From Dehalococcoidia bacterium (GTDB taxonomy: Bacteria; Chloroflexota; Dehalococcoidia; Lucifugimonadales; Australimonadaceae): 64,000 bases of DNA. The notes beneath the pieces are model-generated. The model was not told the DNA's origin. It saw nothing but the letters and a program-made list of their open reading frames with translations, and did not search any database. The stretch spans positions 1,730,822 to 1,794,821 of the forward strand of contig OZ242210.1 in NCBI GenBank assembly GCA_965206315.1. The letters run 5' to 3'. Below, piece by piece: positions 27,484-36,239 of this stretch (position 1 is the first letter of the stretch; every line of letters starts with the position of its first letter). Position numbers and translations under genes: made by a program.

Positions 27484-27615
27484 GGCGGACCTATAGACCA
27501 GATCTATGGCTCAGCCCCGGGCTATAGACGCGGTCTATGGCTGCTGTCCGCACGACGGTCATGCAACCAGCGTACGCAATCGCGCGGCGACCGCGAAAGG
27601 GGCGCGTGTCAGTGG
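27484..27615 (+). repeat. copy C of the ~130-bp repeat family
   Basis: GGACCTATAGACC...GGCTATAGACGCGGTCTATGG...CGACGGTCATGCAACCAGCGTACGC...GACCGCGAAAGGGGCGCGTGTCAGTGG. Confidence 0.85.
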
Positions 27616-27806
27616 AATCCACGGAAGCACTACTCGGCATGAGGGTCAACGCGAATGCCCTACACACTCGAAGGGAACCCTCTTTTCAAGAATGTCATAT
27701 AAACGTAATCTATATTGATTGGAATGTTACCCCATTGTCACTCTCAGGGGAGTATAGTTGTTTACAGGCTGATAGCTTCCGCATCCAATCCACGAGGGAG
27801 AGACTG

Positions 27807-28166
27807 ATGGCATTTGACTTCAACTTCTACGATGACGCGCCAAGAGCCCGGCCACGATTCTCCAAGGCTGACAAGGAGCCCTTCTACAAGGCGCAGGGCG
27901 GGAAGTGCGCGATTTGCAGGCGGAGCCTCCCCATTGATCTCCTGCAGGTAGATCACAAACGGGCGTTCTCCAAGGGTGGGAGCAACAAACCGGGCAACCT
28001 GCAGCTACTCTGCGCCACGTGCAACGGCAAGAAGGGCGACCGCTCCCCCAAGCAGGCCGCAAAGATACTCTCCAAGACAAAGTCGCCCCCAAAGACGAAG
28101 AAGCCCGCCAAGATAACCACCGCCAAGAAGCGCACGACCACGAAGCGCAGTGGCACGAGGAGATAA
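27807..28166 (+). CDS. HNH endonuclease with Lys-rich basic tail
   Basis: GGKCAICRRSLPIDLLQVDHKRAFSKGGSNKPGNLQLLCATCNGKKG (CxxC...H...N...CxxC). Tail is KTKSPPKTKKPAKITTAKKRTTTKR. GAGGGAG lies upstream of ATG 27807. Low G+C. Confidence 0.85.
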   Translation: MAFDFNFYDDAPRARPRFSKADKEPFYKAQGGKCAICRRSLPIDLLQVDHKRAFSKGGSNKPGNLQLLCATCNGKKGDRSPKQAAKILSKTKSPPKTKKPAKITTAKKRTTTKRSGTRR

Positions 28167-28459
28167 CTGACGGAGACGCATTCCTCTGTCCGGCTAACCG
28201 GCTGTTGCATCGTTATGCAGACCATGCACTCCAAGGACGGTATCAAGCTCGAATCCAGATCGGCTATATCCACATGGCTTGGGGATAGCCTCATGGTCTG
28301 AAATCGATGTCTCAGTTGGGGAAGCGATGGTGGGCGGTATGGTCGGCAGTGAAGTCCTCGTGTGGATGCTCCTCTCTGGTAGGAGCTAGCCGACGAAACA
28401 CACATCCGAGAGGAGATCCACGTCAGAGTGGACTCCGCGCTTGAGGGAGATGAGTAGCC

Positions 28460-28741
28460 ATGACCACCGGAGAAGAACGTGAGTCGATCCACCAGAAACT
28501 GGACCGCGTACTGAGCATCCTGAACAACGAGGCGCTGACAGTGGAGGGCGCGACAAAGATGGATGCCGGGGAGGTGGTCCGTGCACTGCTTGAACAGGAT
28601 CCATCGCTCACTCGGGATGATCTTATTGACCGTATACCTATGGGTTGCTACTGGGAGTGGTTCGACGCGGATGCCATGTTCAAGATCCGGGGCAGCGTCT
28701 CGAATCTAAGGACCCACCATCTGAAGCAGCTGGAAGGATAA
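28460..28741 (+). CDS. hypothetical small protein
   Basis: 93 aa, low-G+C patch, GGGAGATGAG upstream of the ATG; no recognisable motif. Confidence 0.45.
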   Translation: MTTGEERESIHQKLDRVLSILNNEALTVEGATKMDAGEVVRALLEQDPSLTRDDLIDRIPMGCYWEWFDADAMFKIRGSVSNLRTHHLKQLEG

Positions 28742-28842
28742 CCGCCGCGTAACCCCGCGCAATCTTGTCTAGGCTGTTCGTAGAGTGTGTGGCAGGAACA
28801 GCCGCGCCCACCATCCCCACCGCGTGCACTGCCCGTGCACCT

Positions 28843-29096
28843 GGATTCCCGCCGGTGCGGGAAAGACGGAGAAGGGGCGCTAGTTGCGCGAGAGGCGGCA
28901 TGCCGCTCTAACGGCCGCGAGGTTGCGCGCTTAGGCGCGGGCTCCGCTCAACATGACAAGCCCCCCTCCAAGTGCCCTCACCCGCCGCTGCGCGGCGACC
29001 TCTCCCTCAGGAGAGGTGGGGTTGCGGGGTTCCCGCCGGTTGCGCGCTGAAGCGCGGGAATGACGGAGAGAGGCGCGCTAGTTGCGCGAGGGGCGG
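28843..29096. repeat. two copies of a composite REP unit (type 1 hairpin plus GCGCTAGTTGCGCGAGRGGCGG) flanking a type 3 hairpin
   Basis: GGATTCCCGCCGGTGCGGGAAAGACGGAGAAGGGGCGCTAGTTGCGCGAGAGGCGG at 28843. GGTTCCCGCC...GCGGGAATGACGGAGAGAGGCGCGCTAGTTGCGCGAGGGGCGG at 29028. The type 3 hairpin is at 28975-29020. Confidence 0.75.
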
Positions 29097-31438
29097 CCGC
29101 CCCGGCGCGCGGCGGTCTTGCCGTTGCGGCTTGCGGCCCCGTTGCGTGCGGCAGCGCCGTTCTTCCCGGACGCGCCGTTGCGCGGTGCGGACCTGGGCGG
29201 CGGCTTGTGCGCGGTGCGGTTGACGCTGCGGACGCCGCGCACGCCCTCGATCCGCGTGAACAGCCGCGAGAGCTGCTCGATGCTCGTCACCTGCGTGTTC
29301 AGGTGGATGACCACCATGCCGCCCTCGGTCGGCTCCGTCGTGGAGCCGGCGATGTTCACGTGCTCGGCGGAGGTCGCGCCGGTGATGTCGTGCAGCAGCC
29401 CCACGCGGTCGAAGCACTCGATGACGATGCGGGCGGGGAAGACGTTGCGGCTCTGCCCCCACGTGACCGGCACGATGCGGTCCGTCTCCGTCACGCTGCG
29501 GACGTTGGGACAGTCCACCTTGTGGACGGTGACGCCCCGGGTGCGGGTGATGAAGCCCTCGATCTCGTCGCCCGGCAGCGGGTTGCAGCACTCGCCCATG
29601 CGGGTGAGGAGGTCGCCGACGCCGAGGACGCTGACGCTGCCGAGCACAGGCGCCTCGGGCGTGTCCGGCGCTTCCCGCGGCAGCGCGCGCTCCGCCGCCG
29701 CCTGCGCGGCGGAGAGCCGCCCGGCGATCTGCGCTATCGTCACGAGCCCGGAGCCGATGGCCGCGTACAGGTCGTCCGTTGCCTCGTAGTGGAACCAGCG
29801 CGCGACCTCGGCCTCGTCCACCTGCGCGGAGAGGCGCTTCAGCTCCTTCTTCAGGATGGCGCGGCCCCGTTCGATGTTCGTGCCGCGCTCCTGGTGCCGG
29901 AACCACGAGCGTATCGCCTGCCGCGCGCTCGCCGTCTTCACGTAGTCCAGGTGCGGGTTCAGCCAGTCCAGGCTCGGCCCGCGCGCCACTTTGCTGGTCA
30001 GCACCTCGACGGTGTCGCCGTTCTTGAGCGGTGTGTTGAGGGCGACGAGCCGCCCGTTCACCTTCGCGCCGATGCACTTGTGGCCGATCTGCGTGTGGAT
30101 GCGGTAGGCGAAGTCGATGGGCGTCGCTCCCGCCGGCAATTCGCGTATCTCGTTCTTCGGCGTGTAGACGAACACCTGGTCGCCGAAGAGGTCGCCGGTC
30201 ACGTTCTCCAGGAACTCGTCCGTTCCGCTCACGTCGCGCTGCCACTCCAGCAGCTGGCGCAGCCACGTCATCCGCTCCTCGAACTGGCTGCTGCGCGCGC
30301 CGCCCTCCTTGTAGCTCCAGTGCGACGCGACGCCGTACTCGGAGATGCGGTGCATCTCGTGCGTACGCACCTGCACCTCCACCGGCAGCCCGTCGATGGA
30401 GCGCACCGTCGTGTGGAGCGACTGGTACATGTTCTCCTTGGGGCTGGCGATGTAGTCGTCGAACTGGCCGGGAACGGGGCGCCAGAGCGAGTGCACGAGG
30501 CCGAGCACGCCGTAGCAGTCCTGCACCGTGTTGACGAGGACGCGCACCGCGAAGAGGTCGTAGATCTCGCTCATCTGCTTCCCCTGCGCGGCGTACGACT
30601 GGGTCTTCCGGAAGATGCTGTAGATGTGCTTGGGGCGTCCCGTCACCTCGGCGTCGAAGCCGGCCCTGGCGAGCTCGTCCCGCAGCAGATCGGTCACCTG
30701 CTTGATGTACGCCTCCCGCTCCGTGCGCTTGGTGGAGAGCAGGGTGGAGATGCTCCGGTACTGGTTCGGCTGGATGTAGCGGAAGGCGAGGTCCTCCAGC
30801 TGCCACTTGATCTCGCCCATGCCGAGGCGGTGCGCGAGGGGGGCGTAGATGTCCAGCGTCTCCTGCGCGATGGCGACGCGCCGGTCCGGCGGCAGAGCGT
30901 GGAGCGTGCGCATGTTGTGCATCCGGTCCGCCAGTTTGATGAGGATGACGCGAATGTCGTTCGCCATCGCAACGAGCATCTTGCGCAGGCTCTCCGCCTC
31001 GCTGTCGCTCCTGGCGACGAGCGGCTCCGCATCGCCGGTGATGGTGTCCATGCGGGTGAGCTTGGTGACGCCGTCGGCCAGTTTCGCCACGTCCTCGCCG
31101 AACTCCTTGCGGAGGTCGTCGGCGGTCACTTCGCAGTCCTCGATGACGTCGTGGAGGAGCGCGGCGGCTATGGTGGGGGCGTCCAGGTTGAGGTCGGCGA
31201 GGTACTCGGCGACGGAGATGGGGTGCTCGATGTAGTCCTCGCCGGACTTGCGCTTCTGCCCCTCGTGCGCGGCGGCGGCGAAATCGAGCGCCCGTTCGAT
31301 CATCCCGGCGCGGTCGCCGGGGAGGTAGCCACGCACTTTGTCGAGAAGGCTATGCACGCCTGCATTATACGTGCTGCCTCCGTTAATTGAGACCTCTGTG
31401 CGATACATCGTCATACCCCTGATTCCAGAGGAGGGCAC
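29078..31438 (-). CDS. relA: bifunctional (p)ppGpp synthetase/hydrolase (RelA/SpoT homologue)
   Basis: HD domain (HEGQKRKSGEDYIEHP), synthetase core (YRSIST...DLFAVRV), TGS and ACT regions. Asn/Arg/Ala-rich C-terminal tail. The start may be one of three ATGs (31438/31414/31408). Confidence 0.92.
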   Translation of the reverse strand: MPSSGIRGMTMYRTEVSINGGSTYNAGVHSLLDKVRGYLPGDRAGMIERALDFAAAAHEGQKRKSGEDYIEHPISVAEYLADLNLDAPTIAAALLHDVIEDCEVTADDLRKEFGEDVAKLADGVTKLTRMDTITGDAEPLVARSDSEAESLRKMLVAMANDIRVILIKLADRMHNMRTLHALPPDRRVAIAQETLDIYAPLAHRLGMGEIKWQLEDLAFRYIQPNQYRSISTLLSTKRTEREAYIKQVTDLLRDELARAGFDAEVTGRPKHIYSIFRKTQSYAAQGKQMSEIYDLFAVRVLVNTVQDCYGVLGLVHSLWRPVPGQFDDYIASPKENMYQSLHTTVRSIDGLPVEVQVRTHEMHRISEYGVASHWSYKEGGARSSQFEERMTWLRQLLEWQRDVSGTDEFLENVTGDLFGDQVFVYTPKNEIRELPAGATPIDFAYRIHTQIGHKCIGAKVNGRLVALNTPLKNGDTVEVLTSKVARGPSLDWLNPHLDYVKTASARQAIRSWFRHQERGTNIERGRAILKKELKRLSAQVDEAEVARWFHYEATDDLYAAIGSGLVTIAQIAGRLSAAQAAAERALPREAPDTPEAPVLGSVSVLGVGDLLTRMGECCNPLPGDEIEGFITRTRGVTVHKVDCPNVRSVTETDRIVPVTWGQSRNVFPARIVIECFDRVGLLHDITGATSAEHVNIAGSTTEPTEGGMVVIHLNTQVTSIEQLSRLFTRIEGVRGVRSVNRTAHKPPPRSAPRNGASGKNGAAARNGAASRNGKTAARRGGRPSRN

Positions 31439-31461
31439 TGGCTAAGTCTGAAACCGGGGGG

Positions 31462-31902
31462 TTAGCTACGGCGTATCAGGAGGCCGATGCCGATGCCGAT
31501 ACCGACCAGAACGATCACGAAGAAGATGAAGGAGAGGAGCGGGACGTAATAGCCCTCCAGTCCGCTGCTGCGCCGCACCGCTATCTCGATCCCGCGTTCT
31601 ACGGGGTCAATCCCTGCGGAGTGGAGTACTTCGAAGACGCTGGTCCCCGGCTCTCTGAAGGCGATGAGCTGCCGGTCGTTCAGGCGCTGGACCGCTATGA
31701 GACGGTCGCCGTCAACCACGATGCTCGTAATCTCTCCGTTCTCCGCCATCGCAAGTATCGTCGTCAGGTCGACCTGATCCCCGTCGTCTCCGGGCAGGAA
31801 TAGCATGAAGATGACCGCTACGAAGACGACCGCTACGAAAATAATCGGATAGATGAACTTGTTGCCGGTCCAGCGATTGCCCATCGAACTCGTCAACTCC
31901 AA
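31462..31902 (-). CDS. two-TM membrane protein with FtsH_ext-like extracytoplasmic domain
   Basis: TM helices IYPIIFVAVVFVAVIFMLF and LLSFIFFVIVLVGIGIGIGLLI flank LTTILAMAENGEITSIVVDGDRLIAV..., which resembles the FtsH N-terminal ectodomain. There is no AAA/protease part. Lower G+C. Confidence 0.5.
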   Translation of the reverse strand: MELTSSMGNRWTGNKFIYPIIFVAVVFVAVIFMLFLPGDDGDQVDLTTILAMAENGEITSIVVDGDRLIAVQRLNDRQLIAFREPGTSVFEVLHSAGIDPVERGIEIAVRRSSGLEGYYVPLLSFIFFVIVLVGIGIGIGLLIRRS

Positions 31903-32121
31903 GAGCGCAGATCCACTGAATCCGGCTGCACACCATGAATGTGCCTACCTCCACGAGCACACTACCACAGGCACGCCAGGGACGCGATACGCCTAGTCGT
32001 GAGGTTATTGAGGTTGAGCCGGTAGCCAGCGAGGCTAATCGGGAATGGGACTAGCGGGTCTGGGGGTGAGGGTCGGGCAAACGCCTATAATGAACCGCAC
32101 CCCGTCCGAACGAGAGGTCCG

Positions 32122-33372
32122 ATGCACCAGGCCCCTAGAGGAACAGCCGACATCCTGCCCGAGCAGCAGCGGTACTGGTCGTTCGTGTACGGCACGGTCG
32201 CCGAGGCCGCGCGGGCGTTCGGCTATGAGCGCGTCGACACGCCCATCTTCGAGGACACGGCGCTGTTCGCCCGCACCGTCGGCGAAGAGACGGACATCGT
32301 CCAGAAGGAGATGTACAGCTTCCAGGACCGGGGCGGGCAGGAGATCACGCTCCGGCCCGAGGGGACGGCAGCCGTCTGCCGCGCGTACCTGGAGCACGGG
32401 CTGCACAACCAGCCGCTGCCGGTGCGGCTCTACTACCTCTGCCCAATGTTCCGTTACGACCGCCCGCAGGCGGGACGCTTCCGCCAGTTCCACCAGTTCG
32501 GCATCGAGGCGATTGGCGACCCCGACGCGACGGTCGACCTCGAGGTGCTGCAACTGGCGATGGAGAGCATGGAGCGGCTCGGGCTCGGCGGCATGACGCT
32601 CGTGCTCAACAACATCGGCGACGCCGCCGACAGGCCGCGCTACGTCGAGGCGCTCCGCGAGCACTTCAGCCCGCACGCCGCCCACATGGGCAAGGACGAC
32701 CGCCGCCGCCTCGACACCAACCCGCTGCGGCTGCTCGACTCCAAGGAGCTTGCGGGCGAGTCGTTCATGGCGTCGGCGCCGCGCAGCGTCGACTACATCG
32801 GCGACGAGGCGCGCGAGCACTGGCAGGAGCTGCTCGGCTACCTGGGCGCGCTCGGCATCCCGTACCGGCTCGACCATACGCTCGTGCGCGGGCTGGACTA
32901 CTACACCCGCACCGTCTTCGAAGTGCATCCGTCGCGCGAGGGCGCGCAGAGCGCGGTCTGCGCCGGCGGGCGCTACGACGGCCTCATCGAGCAGCTCGGC
33001 GGACGCCCCACGCCCGGCATCGGCTTCGCGGCGGGCATCGAGCGCCTCATCCTCAACCTGCGCGAGCAGGGAACGGAGCCGCCCGGCACGGCCTCGGCGC
33101 CGCTGGTGATGGCCTATCGCGGCCCGCGCGCCAAGGCGGAGGCGGTCCGCCTCGCCGCGACGCTCCGCTCTGCCTCGGACGCGGCGGTCGTGGTCGCGCC
33201 TCCGCGCAGCCTCAAGGCGCAGCTGCGGTACGCGTCGGCGCTCGGCGCGCGCGGGGTCTTCATCCTGGGCGACGCGGAACTCGAGAACGGCACGGTGACG
33301 TACCGCGACATGGCGACGAGCGAGCAGCGCGAAGTGCCGGTGGCGCAGGCGGCGGATGCGGCGGGGCGCTGA
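32122..33372 (+). CDS. hisS: histidine--tRNA ligase
   Basis: PRGTADILPEQQRYW, LYYLCPMFRYDRPQAGRFRQFHQFGIE (motif 2) and GGGRYDGL (motif 3). Confidence 0.95.
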   Translation: MHQAPRGTADILPEQQRYWSFVYGTVAEAARAFGYERVDTPIFEDTALFARTVGEETDIVQKEMYSFQDRGGQEITLRPEGTAAVCRAYLEHGLHNQPLPVRLYYLCPMFRYDRPQAGRFRQFHQFGIEAIGDPDATVDLEVLQLAMESMERLGLGGMTLVLNNIGDAADRPRYVEALREHFSPHAAHMGKDDRRRLDTNPLRLLDSKELAGESFMASAPRSVDYIGDEAREHWQELLGYLGALGIPYRLDHTLVRGLDYYTRTVFEVHPSREGAQSAVCAGGRYDGLIEQLGGRPTPGIGFAAGIERLILNLREQGTEPPGTASAPLVMAYRGPRAKAEAVRLAATLRSASDAAVVVAPPRSLKAQLRYASALGARGVFILGDAELENGTVTYRDMATSEQREVPVAQAADAAGR

Positions 33373-33400
33373 ACGCCGGGCTCCGCTGCGCTCCATTCTC

Positions 33401-33443
33401 TTCACCCCCATCCTAACCTTCCCCCGTCAAGGGGGAAGGGACC
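33401..33443. repeat. REP-like type 2 hairpin
   Basis: TTCACCCCCATCCTAACCTTCCCCCGTCAAGGGGGAAGGGACC; also at 41176 and 63369. Confidence 0.85.
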
Positions 33444-33510
33444 AGACAGCGCACGCCCGTGTGCGCTCCGCTGTCTGCGCATGCGCGCAGCTACGCAGCG
33501 CGGCTGTGTT

Positions 33511-33552
33511 CGCGCCTGCGCGGGAATGACGGGTTATGGTGGGAATGACCGG
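33511..33552. repeat. REP-like type 1 remnants
   Basis: CGCGCCTGCGCGGGAATGACGG and GGGAATGACCGG. Confidence 0.6.
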
Positions 33553-33554
33553 GG

Positions 33555-34778
33555 CTAGAACGTCAGGTTGAGCGAGTGCACGCCGGAGTCGCTGCGGGTG
33601 ACCTCGGCGCTGGTGAGCGAGCGCTCGGCGTCCTTCCAGAACTCGATGGTCGCCCCCAGGTACGTGGAGACGTTCAGCGATATCGCTATGTCGTACTCGC
33701 CCGCGGTCGATACCTGCTGGGTGAACCAGAGGGTTTCCTTCCCTTCCTTGATCACTTTGGCGTACAGCCGGGTGCCGACAGGGACCGGCTGGCCGTCCAC
33801 CGTGACGTCGCCGAGGAAGACGAGCGGGATCGCGGGTGGCCCGCCCGGCGGGCCGGTGGTGTCCAACACAGGCGGGCTTATCTGCGTGTAGCCTTCCCGC
33901 AGTGTAGGAATGATGCTGGCCCCGAGGTCTACACCGCTCGCGGCGTAGACCTCCCTCGGCTCGCCGATCCCTCGCTGGGTCAGCAACGACGTAGGCATCC
34001 GGATGCCCTGCAATTTTGCCTGGTCGTTGACCAGCGCCGCGCCGTCGAACGCTGAGCTCTCGCCGATGTGCACCTGGATGAGGCCGTAGCCGAGCAGCGA
34101 GAAGATGAATCCCCGAGCGGTCACCGGGCGCGGGTCCAGCGAGCCGTTGAACGGGTCGTACTGCACCAGCACCATACGCTCCCCGATGTCGGGAATGTCG
34201 GCGGAGAGGGACACGAAGTCGTAGGCGCGCGGCTCGCCGAGCGGCGTGAGCAGCGCCAGTCCCTGCTGGTCGTTCCGCCCGGTGACCCACGCGACCCCTT
34301 CCGTGCCGTCGGCCAGCGTGAACGTCACCTGCGGCGCGTTCCCCAGCGGACCGGATACGGTCAGTATCTCGCCGCTCTCGCTGATGACCGTGCCGGTCCA
34401 GATGGTCTCGCCGAGTGTGAGCTTCACGACCCCGCCGCTTGCCTGTGCTGCAGCCTCCTCCAGCGCGAGCATGGGAACGGGCGTAGCCGTGGCCGTTGGC
34501 GTCGGGGTCGCCGTTGGCGCGGGCGTCGCGGTGGCCGTTGGGGTCGGCGTCGGGGTGTGGGTTGCCGTCGGCGTTGGCGTAGCGGTCGCCGTGGGGGTCG
34601 GCGTGGCCGTGGGCATCGGGGTGGGTGTGGGCGTTGGCGTCGGCGGAGTCTGGGTCGGCGTGGGGGTGGGGGTCGGCGCAGGCTCTTCTTCCTGCGAGGC
34701 GTCGTACGCGACGACCATCGCCAGCGCAAAGATGGCTGCAAGGATGATCAGGGTTGGGATGCGCAGGGATTTCCGCAT
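33555..34778 (-). CDS. secreted protein: signal peptide, Pro/Thr linker, degenerate trypsin-like fold, C-terminal beta-rich domain
   Basis: MRKSLRIPTLIILAAIFALAMV, long (TPTP/ATPT)n run, then WTGTVISESGEILTVSG...QGLALL...GESSAFDGAALVN. The last segment aligns to HtrA-type GSGF..LTNAHV / DLALL / GNSGGPL but lacks His and the GxSGG Ser context. Confidence 0.6.
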   Translation of the reverse strand: MRKSLRIPTLIILAAIFALAMVVAYDASQEEEPAPTPTPTPTQTPPTPTPTPTPMPTATPTPTATATPTPTATHTPTPTPTATATPAPTATPTPTATATPVPMLALEEAAAQASGGVVKLTLGETIWTGTVISESGEILTVSGPLGNAPQVTFTLADGTEGVAWVTGRNDQQGLALLTPLGEPRAYDFVSLSADIPDIGERMVLVQYDPFNGSLDPRPVTARGFIFSLLGYGLIQVHIGESSAFDGAALVNDQAKLQGIRMPTSLLTQRGIGEPREVYAASGVDLGASIIPTLREGYTQISPPVLDTTGPPGGPPAIPLVFLGDVTVDGQPVPVGTRLYAKVIKEGKETLWFTQQVSTAGEYDIAISLNVSTYLGATIEFWKDAERSLTSAEVTRSDSGVHSLNLTF

Positions 34779-34869
34779 GGTCTATAGGGGTCTCACCCGC
34801 TCTTCAGCGCCGCAGGCCCGGTTCCGTTCATCGCAGGGACACGCTCGCCCCACTTCGAGCAGGCATCAG

Positions 34870-36090
34870 TTAGAACGCGAGGCCCAGTTCTATGACAGAC
34901 CCTGCGGGCCGGTCGTACGATCCTGTTGCCCCGGCGAGTTTGCCGTTCACCCAGAACTCTATGACGGCTCCGGCGTAGTTGTTGTTCGGAGCGGATACTG
35001 GAAGGCTGAAGAGGCCAGGTCCCTCCGTTGGCGCCGATTCCCAGTAGTCGGGTTGACCGGACTTCTTCAGCCGGGCGTAGAGTTGTGTCCCACCTGGTGC
35101 GTCCACGCCGTCGATGGTGATGTGACCATAGAAAATGATGGGGAGTGCCGGCGGGCTATCACCCGGCCCATCGGTTGAGCTTGTGATGTCTCTAATGACG
35201 ATGCGTCCGGTCCTCAGGTCGGGGATGGCGGTGGTCCCGACCTGCGCCGCGTCGACGGCGCAGACCTCGCCCGGGTTGCATACCTGCTGCTGCAGCAGCC
35301 AGAGCGTAGGCATGCGGATGCCCTGGATCTTCCCGACGGCGTTGATCAGCATCGCTCCGTCCGCCGTGGAATCCGTGGCCTGTATCTTGATGTAGCTGTA
35401 CCCGATGGGAGAGGAGTTGTACCCGTTCACTCGGGTGATGCGCTGGTCCAACGCCGGGGAGAAGCTCGAGTGCTGGAGCAGCCCGAGCTGGTCTCCTATC
35501 GTGGGGGGCGTGGCTGAGAGCGCGATGGTGTCGTACGGGGGCGTAGGATTGATGGGGCTGAGCAGGGCAAGCCCCAGTTGGTCGTTCCTACCGGTTACCC
35601 ATGCCTGCCCCTGGTTGCCGTTACTCAGGACGAAGTCAACAACCGGCGCGCTTCCCAGAGCGGCGGACGTAGTGAGGATCTCGCCGCTGTCGTTGATGAC
35701 GGCGCCCGTCCACACCGTCTCGTTCGCCGTCAGCCTGACCATGGCTCTACTGGAGAAGTCGACGACCTCTCCGGCCGTGGGCGTTGCCGTTGCGGTCGGC
35801 GTTGCGGTGGGCGTGGGAGTAAAGGTCGCCGTCGGCGTCGGCGTGGGTGTGAGGGTTGCGGTGGGCGTAGGCGTTACCGTGGGCGTAGCCGTGGCGGTAG
35901 GCGTCGGCGTGGGCGTTGCCGTCGGGGTGGGCGTGGCCGTGGGCAGCGGGGTGGGCGTCGCGGCGACCGGCACGACCGGCGGCGGAGGGTCATCGCAGGC
36001 GACGGCAACCGTCATCGCAAGCGCGATGGCGAGGATGGCGAGCACAGGGGCAGTCGGAGATATCCGCATAAGCCTCATTTTGGGTAACAA
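34870..36090 (-). CDS. paralogue of 33555..34778 (secreted, PT linker, degenerate trypsin-like fold)
   Basis: Same architecture: WTGAVINDSGEILTTSA...LGLALL...TDSTADGAMLIN and C-terminal ...GAVIEFWVNGK. Confidence 0.6.
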   Translation of the reverse strand: MLPKMRLMRISPTAPVLAILAIALAMTVAVACDDPPPPVVPVAATPTPLPTATPTPTATPTPTPTATATPTVTPTPTATLTPTPTPTATFTPTPTATPTATATPTAGEVVDFSSRAMVRLTANETVWTGAVINDSGEILTTSAALGSAPVVDFVLSNGNQGQAWVTGRNDQLGLALLSPINPTPPYDTIALSATPPTIGDQLGLLQHSSFSPALDQRITRVNGYNSSPIGYSYIKIQATDSTADGAMLINAVGKIQGIRMPTLWLLQQQVCNPGEVCAVDAAQVGTTAIPDLRTGRIVIRDITSSTDGPGDSPPALPIIFYGHITIDGVDAPGGTQLYARLKKSGQPDYWESAPTEGPGLFSLPVSAPNNNYAGAVIEFWVNGKLAGATGSYDRPAGSVIELGLAF

Positions 36091-36239
36091 GTTATGCCGT
36101 CCATTGCGGGGACAATGGAGCGATTCTATGCCGCCGGGGGACTATCTCCAATGAGTTAGGCATGCTTGTTTAGAACGCTATGCTATGCTGACTACTACGT
36201 TCCCGGACCTCCCGGGGTTCCATTCCGAGAGCACCTGCC

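Noticed and set aside
27953-28492. 179-aa minus-strand ORF in the HNH mini-island
   Set aside because: It is antisense to the HNH gene, whose CxxC/H/N/CxxC motif is unambiguous, and it has no motif of its own.
29060-31390. 776-aa plus-strand ORF opposite relA, and the 599-aa minus-strand alternative frame
   Set aside because: relA/spoT motifs (HD, synthetase, TGS, ACT) are in the 29078..31438 frame only. The other frames are compositional artefacts.
32000-32121. Possible T-box or promoter (TATAAT at about 32086) upstream of hisS
   Set aside because: I could identify no matching -35 box and no specifier or T-box consensus by eye. The support is too weak to annotate.
34246-36154. Gly/Val/Ala- and Arg/Gly-repeat ORFs on the plus strand
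   Set aside because: They are the antisense or other-frame reading of the Pro/Thr-linker coding repeats of the two secreted paralogues.
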